64,000 nucleotides of DNA, from IMG/VR virus record IMGVR_UViG_3300028804_000002, positions 1-64,000 of that record. One strand, given 5' to 3'. Of the stretch, positions 9,503 to 20,800 are shown one piece after another. How positions within the stretch are numbered: position 1 is the stretch's first letter; each line of letters opens with the position of its first letter. Position numbers and translations under genes: made by a program. The DNA is from a virus (Duplodnaviria > Caudoviricetes). Below the pieces are notes generated by a model. The model had not been told where the DNA came from and ran no database searches. It saw only the letters and a program-made list of their open reading frames with translations.

Positions 9503-11449
9503 ATGGCAAAAATTAGAATAAATAATATTCCAGAAAAAATGAGAAATAAAAGTGTATCAAATCATAATTATTGGTTCACAAAAAGTGGAGCAATTAAAAC
9601 TACTGATACAAATTATATATCTCCAGTTAAAGAAGAAATTACAACTTCAGTTAAAGAAGTTCCAGAAGAAATTGCAACTATAGAAGCAGAAAAAGGAGAA
9701 CTTATAACCAAACCTGGACTTGTAGGAATATATAAGATATTAGGTAAAACTCATGCAAATGGAGGAACTAAACTTAATCCAGAACCTGGTAGTTTTATAT
9801 TTAGTAATGATCCTAGACTTTCTATTAATAAAACAGAGAAGAAACTCTTTGATTTTAAAGAAGGAGGATCAGTTGCAAAACGTAAAAATACTCCAGCTAA
9901 AATTCTTGAGAGAGAAATAGATATGGAAGAATATAATCGTTATTTAAACATACTTCAAAATCCTAAGGCTGAAAAAATAGAAAGAGCTACAGCTCAAATA
10001 ATGATTGATAAATATCAAAAAATAATAGGTCAAGTAGCTTATCTTCAAGAATCTAAGAAAAATAAACCTATACCAGAATTTGCTATGGGTACAGCTCCTA
10101 TAAAAAATCCAGAACTTACTGATAAAGAACAAGAGCAAGAAATGTATAAACAAGGTGGTCTTGTAAAATTAGCTCTTGGAGATGAATGGTGTCCTTGTGG
10201 TAAGGATGAAAATGGTAAATGTTTACCTTGTGAAGATGATGTTTATAAAAAAGTTTTAAAAGAGAAAGCCAAGAAAGTATCTGTGGTACCAGCCGGGTAT
10301 GATTATCTTTATAAGGATGAAGATGGTAGTTCTTTATATGGTAAATTTGGAACCACTCCAGGTAATAAAAAGAAAATGACTAATCAACAATGGTTAGACT
10401 ATCTTAAAAATGAAACACCTCAACAAAAAATCAAAAGATTACAAAGACAAAGTACTGAAGGTAAAGATACTGAAGATTATGTATATACTAATAATCAAAG
10501 AATGATACCTAATGTACCTCTATATACAGCACAAAGATCTCCTTCTCCTCCAGCTACGATAGTAACTAAAGAGAATCCTATTAAGCCTACACAGCCAGCA
10601 GTAGGAGAAGAACCAACTCCTGGTAATCTACCTTATGATATTAAAGGTTATCTTACTCCAGCTCAGAAAGCTCATCTTAGTTATCTTGGTTTACAAGCCA
10701 TGGGTATTAAAAGATATATGCCTATGAGAGAACAAATTCATCTTGGTAGAGTATCTTTAGATAAACAGAATTTACAACCTTTTTTAAATGGTATTAGAAA
10801 TCAAGAGTTTCAGGCTTATAATTCAGCCAATGTAGTTAATCCTAGACAAGCTGCTTTACTTAATTCAAATACATTTGGTAAAGGTATAGATGCTGAAACT
10901 CAAGCAAGAGGTCAAGTAGAAGCCGCTAATATACAAATAGGTAATCAGGAGAATTTGACTAATTTACAACAAAGTAATCAAGAACAGATGTTCAATATAC
11001 CTGCTAGTGGTAAGTATTATGATCAAACTGTGATATCAGCTCAAAATTTTGATGATGAACGTAGATTTGCAAATAATCAAGTTATGAGTACTTTAAATAA
11101 ATATCAATCAGATGCTGATGCTCTTGCTTGGTCTTTAGCTAGTGTAAATAAATATGGTACTAGAAAAGTAACAGATCCCAAAACAGGTAAAATATATAAT
11201 CAACCAGTACCTTTATATGAATATTTACCAAGTGGTAGAATTAGATATAATTCTGATGTGGCTTCACTTAATATGGCTACTGGAGCTGATAAAACAAATT
11301 CTATAGCTGAAATTAAATCAATTATGGAACAATTTGGACTTAATTCTAGTGATCCTAAACAAATATATGCTTTTGCAAAACTTTATGAATCAATTACTGG
11401 TAAAGGTAAAAATGCTATATATCAAAATAATCCAACGTTTCCACAATAA
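9503..11449 (+). CDS. Virion cargo/internal protein
   Basis: 'IEAEKGE...GKTHANGGT...FIFS' motif of crAss-like structural proteins and a Q/N-rich helical C-terminal half, in the cargo block. Confidence 0.55.
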   Translation: MAKIRINNIPEKMRNKSVSNHNYWFTKSGAIKTTDTNYISPVKEEITTSVKEVPEEIATIEAEKGELITKPGLVGIYKILGKTHANGGTKLNPEPGSFIFSNDPRLSINKTEKKLFDFKEGGSVAKRKNTPAKILEREIDMEEYNRYLNILQNPKAEKIERATAQIMIDKYQKIIGQVAYLQESKKNKPIPEFAMGTAPIKNPELTDKEQEQEMYKQGGLVKLALGDEWCPCGKDENGKCLPCEDDVYKKVLKEKAKKVSVVPAGYDYLYKDEDGSSLYGKFGTTPGNKKKMTNQQWLDYLKNETPQQKIKRLQRQSTEGKDTEDYVYTNNQRMIPNVPLYTAQRSPSPPATIVTKENPIKPTQPAVGEEPTPGNLPYDIKGYLTPAQKAHLSYLGLQAMGIKRYMPMREQIHLGRVSLDKQNLQPFLNGIRNQEFQAYNSANVVNPRQAALLNSNTFGKGIDAETQARGQVEAANIQIGNQENLTNLQQSNQEQMFNIPASGKYYDQTVISAQNFDDERRFANNQVMSTLNKYQSDADALAWSLASVNKYGTRKVTDPKTGKIYNQPVPLYEYLPSGRIRYNSDVASLNMATGADKTNSIAEIKSIMEQFGLNSSDPKQIYAFAKLYESITGKGKNAIYQNNPTFPQ

Positions 11450-11465
11450 TAACATTAAAAATTAA

Positions 11466-11496
11466 TTGCTAATTACAATATAATATTGTATATTAT
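11466..11496 (+). promoter_or_regulatory. Putative promoter for the LAGLIDADG gene
   Basis: TTGCTA-N17-TATATT, also readable as TTG-N20-TATATTAT, in the only sizeable intergenic gap of the + block. An inverted repeat TACAATA/TATTGTA sits in the spacer. Confidence 0.35.
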
Positions 11497-11527
11497 AATA
11501 GTGTTATTACAAATTTTATAAATTAAG

Positions 11528-12316
11528 ATGAGAAAATTAGAACTTGATGATAAATTTATATTAGAAAAATATAAAGAATTTAAATCAGCAAAACCAATTG
11601 CAAAATTATTAAATTGTTCTGAAGGTACAATAAGATCTAGACTTAGAAAACATATAAATATTTTTAATAAATCTAAATCCTATTGTAATAAATATAATTA
11701 TAATAGAAATTATTTTGAAAATATAGATACTCCTCAAAAAGCATATATTTTGGGTTTTATTTCTGCAGATGGATGTAATTCAAAAACAAGACTTAAAGTA
11801 AATATACAAGAAAGAGATATAGAAATTATAGAATTTATAAGAAATGAAATTGGTGTTGATTTACCAATAGGAAGAAGAATAGGATATAATAATATTCAAA
11901 ATCAATCTTTAATATCTATATATTCAACTAAAATTTGTAATGATTTAAATAATTTAGGAGTTACACCAAGAAAAAGTAAAACTTTAAAATTTCCAAATAT
12001 AGAAAATAAATTAATGAGTGATTATTTAAGAGGATATTTTGACGGAGATGGTTGTATTAAAAAAGATAAAAAAGGTAATGGTTTTAGTTTTTCATATATC
12101 AGTGCTTCAGAAGATTTTATATTAAAATTAGAAGAAATATTAAGAAATAATTGTAATCTAAATTATAGAAAAATATATACTTATTCAAAAACTGGAGTAA
12201 AATATTTAGAATATACAAAGAAACAAGAATTAAAAAATATATTTAATTATTTATATAATAATTCTTGTTTTCATTTAAGTAGAAAATATGAAAAATTTTT
12301 AAGTGTAAATGGCTAA
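11528..12316 (+). mobile_element. Free-standing double-motif LAGLIDADG homing endonuclease with N-terminal HTH
   Basis: 'AYILGFISADG' and 'YLRGYFDGDG' motifs, N-terminal 'IAKLLNCSEGTIRSRL' HTH, C-terminal 'LSRKY'. Confidence 0.88.
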
Positions 12317-14843
12317 TTATCTTTCAAATCCAGCATATAATACTTATCAGACTGATCCGTATCGTTTACCTGTGCAACAGATAGTTCAAGCTATAGATAC
12401 ACGTAATAAATATTGGGATATAGGTGCTTCTCAAGTCAAATCAGCCTATCAGAATTATCTTAATTTAGATTTATCTCTTAAAGCAAATCAAGATAAATTA
12501 GATGGTTTAATGCAGGGAGTTAATACTAATTTAAAGAAAGTAGTATCTACTGATCTTTCTTTAGCAGATAATGTAAATACTGCTATGAAGATATTTGATC
12601 CTATAACTAAAGATGATGATATTAAATATGATAATGCTATAACTAAACATTATAGACAACAAGCAAGTTTGGCTCAAAATCTTAAAACTACTAATGGTGG
12701 TAAAGATTATAATGATGCTAATTTTGCTTATATGGTTAAACCATTACAAGATTTTATAAAAAATAATGATCCAAAATTAGGTAGAGAAGTATATAGTAAT
12801 CGTAGATATTATACTCCTTATTATGATGTAATGGAAGAATGGAATAAAATTGAGAAGAATTTTAAACCAGACGCCACACAATTTACTAGACCAGAAACAG
12901 ATGCTAATGGAAAAATTACTAACAATGGTAGAATGATAGAAGAGAAAAATAAATCTGTGTATGCTTCTCAATTTAGAGCATATATGAACTCTCATTTATC
13001 AGATAAAGCGAAACAACAACTTAATATTAATGGAGTAGTTGCCTATGGAGATCATGTAGAAACTATTGCAAATGATTATTTAAATTATAATTCAGAAAAA
13101 ATAGATTCGTATAATCATGAGATTAATATTTTAAAAGGTAAAAAAGAAGCTGCTATTAAAAGTGGTAGAACTAATGATGCTGAATTATATCAACATGACA
13201 TAGATAGGTATGACACAGAAGTAAAACGACTTGGAGTAACTAATACAAAACTTAAAATTAAAGATTATAGTGATCTTATAAAAGATAAAGATGCTATTGC
13301 TGGTCAGATGTACACAAGTAATTGGATAGATAATATCTCCAAAGCTTCCGAAAGAAAGGATATAGAAATTAAATATTCTAAAGATGACGCAGCTTTATTC
13401 TTTTTAAAAATGGATAATGATAATAAGAATAAGAATGCTGATAGAGAAATGGATTGGAAAATAGCAGAACTTAATAATGATACTAAGCTTAAAATAGCTG
13501 AAATGACTGCTAGCAACAAAAAAGATAAGAATGGTGAAGATATTGAAACAGAACCTACTTATGGAGTTTCTACAGAAGATGATAATGAAAATTTTGGAAA
13601 ACCAGAAGTAGATAAAATAATTTCAGATGGTGAAAAAATTAAATCTGATGCAGCCGATGGATTAAATAAATATCTTACTTCAATAGGTATTATAGATTCT
13701 AAAAAACCAAAAGCTACTAATGATGCTGCTATTGAAGAATGGAAGAAAAATAATCCTAATGATTATCATTGGAAAAATTATAGAGAGCAAATAGATTTAG
13801 GAGATTCTAATATTGCAGCAGGCAAAGCCATTCAAGATTATGTAAATCAAGAAGTAAGAAGAAATAATCCAAAATTATTTGATCGATCATCTATAAAAGA
13901 TATAAAACCAATAACTTTTAATGGAATAACAATAACTGCAGAAGATGTTCAAAATTCTTTAGAAGGTAGATCATCTAAAATAAAAGTTATAAAAGGTAAT
14001 ACTGGAATAAATTCTACATCATCTGTTGGAATTCCAATAAATAGTGGATATATTCCAGATAGACTTTTTATAAATGGAGTAGAAATTCCATCTACATATG
14101 GAAAACCAGGTAATGATGTTATGATGTATTATAATAAAATAGAAGGTAGAAATTTTGAAAATACACAAAAAATATTATCAGAAAGTAATACATTATATAA
14201 TCAAGCTATGACTAAAATACAAGGATTAGAGAGATTTACACAAAATGCTAAAGACAGTAATGCTATAAAATCTGTACAAAATATAGTATATGGAAAACTC
14301 GCTGCAACTGGAATTAAACCAGATGATGTTACTATTACTCATCGTGATAAATCTGGAGGTGTTTATTTTAAAGTAGATGCAACTGCAGATAATGTTAGTC
14401 CGAGTAAGATAAAAGATATTATACTTTCTTCTGGAGGTAAATATAAGAAACAATTTGAAGGTGGATCTTATTATTTACCAAATTCAGAAGTAGGATCTTT
14501 TATTAGACCAAAGACATTTTCTGATTCTAGATTAAATGCAATTCAAACTCAAATAGATTGGAGAACGGCAGCATCAAAAAATAATGATGTTTTTAATACA
14601 ACAAGTATTAAATTTGGAAATAGAGATTTTCTATTTAGAATAACAAATAGAAATAGTGTTCCAATGTATGAAGTAATTGATGAAGATTCGGGAGCTTCAT
14701 TTATAAACTTTTCCACTGGTCAACCTTTTTCTACATTAGAAGAGGCTTCTGCTATGGCAAATGCTTTAGCAAATTTAAAACCAGCTGATTTAGAAGCAAA
14801 AATTAGAATACTAGGTAATAAACCAGATTATAAAATTAAATAA
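12309..14843 (+). CDS. Virion cargo/ejection protein
   Basis: 844 aa with 'YYTPYYD' and helical N-terminus. Coupled to the vRNAP gene (TAATG), matching the crAss-like gene order. Confidence 0.55.
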   Translation: MANYLSNPAYNTYQTDPYRLPVQQIVQAIDTRNKYWDIGASQVKSAYQNYLNLDLSLKANQDKLDGLMQGVNTNLKKVVSTDLSLADNVNTAMKIFDPITKDDDIKYDNAITKHYRQQASLAQNLKTTNGGKDYNDANFAYMVKPLQDFIKNNDPKLGREVYSNRRYYTPYYDVMEEWNKIEKNFKPDATQFTRPETDANGKITNNGRMIEEKNKSVYASQFRAYMNSHLSDKAKQQLNINGVVAYGDHVETIANDYLNYNSEKIDSYNHEINILKGKKEAAIKSGRTNDAELYQHDIDRYDTEVKRLGVTNTKLKIKDYSDLIKDKDAIAGQMYTSNWIDNISKASERKDIEIKYSKDDAALFFLKMDNDNKNKNADREMDWKIAELNNDTKLKIAEMTASNKKDKNGEDIETEPTYGVSTEDDNENFGKPEVDKIISDGEKIKSDAADGLNKYLTSIGIIDSKKPKATNDAAIEEWKKNNPNDYHWKNYREQIDLGDSNIAAGKAIQDYVNQEVRRNNPKLFDRSSIKDIKPITFNGITITAEDVQNSLEGRSSKIKVIKGNTGINSTSSVGIPINSGYIPDRLFINGVEIPSTYGKPGNDVMMYYNKIEGRNFENTQKILSESNTLYNQAMTKIQGLERFTQNAKDSNAIKSVQNIVYGKLAATGIKPDDVTITHRDKSGGVYFKVDATADNVSPSKIKDIILSSGGKYKKQFEGGSYYLPNSEVGSFIRPKTFSDSRLNAIQTQIDWRTAASKNNDVFNTTSIKFGNRDFLFRITNRNSVPMYEVIDEDSGASFINFSTGQPFSTLEEASAMANALANLKPADLEAKIRILGNKPDYKIK

Positions 14844-17800
14844 TGGCAGAACCAACTTCAGATATATTAACTGGAATAAATCCAGTAGAGGTACTTAATA
14901 TGCAGCATGATACCGAAGCTAGGTATGCAGAGCTGTTTAAATCTATTGATACTACTCCTCCAAATATTACACAACCTCAACTTCCAGATTTTCATCAAGG
15001 TATAGTCGGACCTGGTGATAATATTAATATTGATAAAAATTCTTATGATTATCAATTAGCAGATTTTGCTAATTTAACAAAGAATGTTCAAAAACAATAT
15101 CCTGATAGTTTTAAATTTCAACCAGATCTTAGAATACCACAAACAGAAACTAATCGTTATATAGATGAAGATTTTGGTTATAAACTAGAAAGAGATAATG
15201 AGGATTTCTATGCTAGTCAACAAGGAGCTTTTAAAGAAATAATGAAAGCTTTATTTGTTAAACTTCCTACATATACATTTACAAAACTTGGTACTGGTGT
15301 TGGATATCTTTTAGGACTTGTAGATCCTACAAACTGGGGTTCTAATTATATTCAAAAGGCTGGAGATAATATGATTGCTAAAGCTTTTAGTGATCTTGAA
15401 GATAATCTTAAGAATGATTGGTTAACTACATATAGACATACAGTAGATCAAAATAAAGGATTCTTTGAAAGAGCTGGTACAGATTTATCTTTCTGGACAG
15501 AAGACTTTGTTGATGGTGCTGCTTTTCTTGCTTCAGCATTTGTACCTGGAGCTATAATATCTAAAGTTGGACTTGGAGTAAAAGCTGCTCAATTAGCTGA
15601 ATTAGCTAATGGAGTAGAGAAATCTAGTGCTCTATTAACTAATTTAGGTAAATTCTCTGTTAAATATGGAGATAGATTATTCACTACTGCAGTAAATACA
15701 GCTTCAGAATCTATGTTTGAAGCTAAGGGAGTTAGAGATAAAGTATTTGCTGATTTAATGGCTACTGGTAAATATAGTAAAGACGAAGCCACAGATATAG
15801 CTGCACAAAAAGCCAAGAATAGTTTTCTTTGGAATATGGCAGCATTGTCATTCTCTAATGCTTGGGAAACAAATCTATTTTATAAGGCTCTTGGTAAAAG
15901 TGCACCATCTAAAATAGAAACAAAGGTAACAAGTCTACTCGAAGATTATGCTGCAGCTGGTACTGCAAAAAAACTAGGTAAGCTTGCTTATTATAGTAAT
16001 AAAGCATTACAAGGTGCATTAGTAGAAGGCTTTTATGAAGAAAACATTCAACTTGCTATTCAAAGAAAAAACGAAGGTAGAAATACTTATAATGGATATT
16101 TTACTGTTCTAGGTCAGCTTTTACAGCAAACCAAAGATGCTATAAAAGGTAATGATAAAGAAGCTGCTGAGAATATAGGTATGGGTGCCTTAATAGGTGT
16201 CATATTTGGTACAGGTACATCTCTTGCTACCAAAGAGTATTCTAGAGATAGAATAGCTACAGAACGTCTTGTAGCTTCTTTAAATGAAGCTAAAAATAAT
16301 TGGCTTAAAGTTCAGGATATTTATACAGTTGGACCAGATGGTAAAATAAAAGAAGATAAAGCTAAAGTTGCTGCTGCTTTCTTAACTCAAATGAAAACAG
16401 CAAATGATTTATCTGAAGCTCAAACAATAGAACATCCTATATTAAGAAATCTTGCTCAGAAAGAAATCTTTTCTACATTTATTGCATCTCATTTGCAACA
16501 AGGTAGTTTTGATTTATTGATGAAACAGCTTGATAATATAAATACTTACAAGCCAGAAGATCTTATTAAACTTGGTTTTGATCCTAAAGGAGATGTGGCA
16601 GCTCAAATAATGGAGTATAAAAATTATGCCCAAAGAGTAGCTAATATAAAAAAATCTATTGATGATAAAGTTGTAGTTACAGCTCCTGCTGATCTTGCTC
16701 GTAAGAATTATTTATTTACTCTTGGTAGTAGACAAGTAGCTCTTGATCAAGAATTAAATAAAGTAGAATCTAATATAGGATCACTTCAAAGTGAGATAGG
16801 TTATAGTTCAATTACAGATTCATTAGTGGATGATCTTAATTCTAAGCAAGTAAAAATTAAAGCTCAGAAAAAAACAGTTGCTCAAGCCGAACAAGAGGAT
16901 ATACAAGATGCCCAAACCAAACTTGATAAATATCAATCTGAGTATGATAATATAGTTAAAGATAATGAAGAAACTATTAAAAAACTTAAAAAAGATAAAA
17001 ATGGATTTTATTTTTATGAAGATGATAAAAAGAATAAACATCCAAGAGTAGCAGATTTAGGACAAGAAATTTATTTTAAAGCAGAATTAGAAAATACTAT
17101 TGATGATACTATGGATGAGTATAACAATACTCTTACAGATAGAAAAGATTTTAATAAAAAATATCAAGAATCATTAAAAGTAGTCCAAGAACGTTTAAAA
17201 GAGGAGGCTGAAAAAGTAAAAAAAGCAGAAGAACAAAAGAGAGCTGAAGAAGTTAAACAGACACAACCAGTTCCTACTGAAACTAAAAAAGAACCAACAA
17301 CTCAGACAAATGAACCTGTACAAGCTCCTGTAGCAAGTCAACAGGAGAGACATGATGCTATTTTAGCCAAGATTCCAAAGACTAAAAATATAAACGTTAA
17401 TCTACTTAATAGATTAATGGTTGAAGTAAATCAGGCTTCTATTAAAGGAGAAATAAGTGAAGATCAAGAAAGTGATTTAATAGCAATGCTTAATGCTAAA
17501 AATCCTATAGGTACTATACTTGATACTGAAGAAGATTTTAAATCTGAAGAAGAGAAAATAGTAACTCAAGAGAAATCAGAAGATCCTAAAGATAATGGAT
17601 TTAATCCAGATACTAATACTATTCAAGATATAAATTTTGAAGAAGAGACATTTTCTGCTCTTGCATTTAGATCTTCTAATAAAACAGTAACTCAAGAAGA
17701 AGTAGAAAAAGAAGGTTCTTATGTTGGAGTATTAGATGAAGATCCTTATAAAGTATTTAAACAAGGATTTTTACGTTATTTAATTGTAAATAACCTTGCA

Positions 17801-20800
17801 CAAAATCAATATAAAGGTCTTATAATTAAAGATAGAAAAGATCTCCCAAGAGACAGAGGTTCTGCCAAACAGACAGAATTAGGTCATGTTATGGTTATAA
17901 CTGACATAAATGGTAATATTGTTTATTTTGATAAAGATTATAATCCATCTTTGAATAAAACTCTTGGATATCAAGAAATTATTTATTCTTTTAATAAAGT
18001 TGCTTTTAAAGATCTTGAAGAAGCCAGAGCTTTATTAGGAGAACAAAAAACAGGTATTCCGTTAGATCAATGGTTAGATTTTTATAAAAGGCAAGAAGAA
18101 GAAAGAGAACTTGCAAGAATTTTAGTGGATAAAGGTATACCTGTTCCAGTTTCTATTTCTGGTATGGCAGCAGGTATGCAACGTCAAGGTACAAAACCTA
18201 TTGATGCTAAAATAGCTCTTGCAGATCAAAAATATAAACTTCATATACCACAAGCATTAGAATCTTATGATATAAAAGATCCTAATAAAAATAAGTTTGT
18301 ATTTAACATAGATGGTCAAAATCTTATTAATGGTGCTATATATATTCAAACACAACGTTCAGAAAATGAACCAGCTGTATATACAAGAATTATACCTAAC
18401 AAAATAGGAGATAATTCTAAATTATTTGAAGATATAAAGAATGTATTTTTACATAGTTATAAAGATGAGAATGAAGCTAATATCGCTAAAGATTATTTAA
18501 AGAAAGTTTTATTCTTAGGATATACCAATAGACCTACTATTATTACTACATTTAATTCAGATCGTGATGTTTATACTCTTGATCTTTTTGAAAATAAACA
18601 AGTAATTCCAAAACCAGATGTAGTACAATTTATAGCAGATCAAAGACTTAATGTAACTAAACTTAATATAAATGGTAGGTTTAATTATTATTCAATTAAA
18701 GATAAAAAACTTGCTGTAGATGAAATAGAAGATTATAATAATTTTATAATTGAAAATTCTAAAACTAGAGCTAGAAATATCATAACTACCAAAGGTAAAG
18801 TACTGATGAATATCAATACTTATATGATGTTTAATTTTGATCAGGGTCTTGAAACTATGCAAGCTCTTGCAGAAGGTAAAGAGGCTGAACCCGTTGTAGA
18901 TAGTCTTGATGATCTTGCTATTGAAGAAATAGAAAGAAGAAGACAAGAAGAATTAGAACCTATAACTAAAGAAATAGAAAAGGTTGAAAAGGAAATTGAG
19001 AAAATAGAGAAAGAAGATAAAACTCAAGGTGCTTATGATTTCAGTGCTTCTTCAAATAGTGGAAAATGGAATAGTGCTAATAATGAACTTTTAAGTTTAG
19101 TTCAAGATAATAGAAAAGCATTTGCTATTTATAAATTTCTTATAGGTGATATGGAAACCTTTAAAGAAATTGTAGATTTTCTAAATGAAAGAGGTATAGA
19201 AATACCCTATACAGATAGAATGAAAAGAGCAGATGAAACTATGACAGCAGAAGAAAGAAAATCTGCTATTGATAGTTATAATAATTCTGTTACTTCTAAA
19301 GTAGAAGATAAAGTACAAGTTGAAAAAGATATTTTATCTGAAAATAATTTACAAGATGAAACTGAATACACTCCACAAGAATTAATTGAAAAATACCCAT
19401 TAACAGGAGTTCAAAAAGTTATATGGAATTTAATTAAAGATATTGTAAATAAACTTGGAATTAAAGTTAAATTTTCTTCGGGTAGAATTACAGAAGGATT
19501 TGATGGGAGTAATAATCCTCAAAATGGAGAAATATTAATAAGACCTTCTACTTTAAAAAATGGAAGATTTGGTGAAGTTTTAGTACATGAAGTTGTTCAT
19601 GCTTTAACTACTAAAATTATATCAAGAGTTAATTCTGGAGTTACAACAGGACTTACTCAAAAACAAATTAATGCTGTAAAAGGATTAATGAAATTATTTG
19701 AAGCAGTAAAAGCAGATAATAATTTAGAAAATAAATATCCTGTAAAAGATGTATTTGAATTTATTGCACACTTAACTAATGAGGCATTTGTAAAAGAATT
19801 AGAATCAAAAGATAAAACTTTCTTACAAAAAGTTGTTGATTTTATTGCTGATATTTTAGGAATTACAAATGCAAATGAGTTATCTAAACAGTATTTAAAA
19901 GATATTATTTCTGATGGAACTTTCTTACAAGAACAAGGAATTACTGTATTAGCTTCTGATTATTCAGGTAATTTACAAGGAAGTAAAAATGATACAAAAC
20001 TTCGACAATTAAAAGATAAACTACAAGAATTAAAAGAACAAGTTGCAAAAATCAATGCTAAATATGACGAACAGATTAATTCTTTATCTCAAAAAATAAC
20101 CAAAGGACAAAATATAGCTCAATTAAATAATCTTCCAGAATTAATAGACAAAGCTAATAAAACTAAACTTAGTACTCAAGATAAGATAAATCTTGATAAT
20201 GATCCTCTGGCATTCTTTACTTTCTTGAAAGATCAAGCACTTGCTGGTAATTTAGCGATGATGGATAAGCCAGAGAATTATGGTAAAGAGTTTATGGATG
20301 ATGTTCTTAATTTCTTTAATATAAAAAGAGATGATTCTTCTTTAAAGAAAGAAGATATTAAACCTCAACGTAGAACTAGAATACAAGATGCTGAAAATCA
20401 AGTAGATGAAGAAGCTAAGAATCAGAATAAGAATGAAGAAGATCTTTTTAGTGGAGATTTACAAGCTAGAGTTACAGAAGAAGAAAATCAGAAGTTATTC
20501 TTAACAGATACTGAAATTACCAAAGTAAATGAAATGTTTGGTGAGAAAGTAGCTCGTAGAGTATATGGAATAATTAATTCAAGTGCATATGCTACTTGGT
20601 CTACTTCTGGTATTAAACTATTTGAAAATGCTGTTGTAGGTACTGGATATCATGAAGCTTGGCACCATTTCTCTCAAATGTATCTTACAATTGATCAAAA
20701 GAGAAATCTTTATCATGAAGTAAGGATGAGAAATGTTGAATTTAAAACAAGAGATGGTAGGACTCTTAAATCATTATCTTCTACAGATTTTGATATAGAA

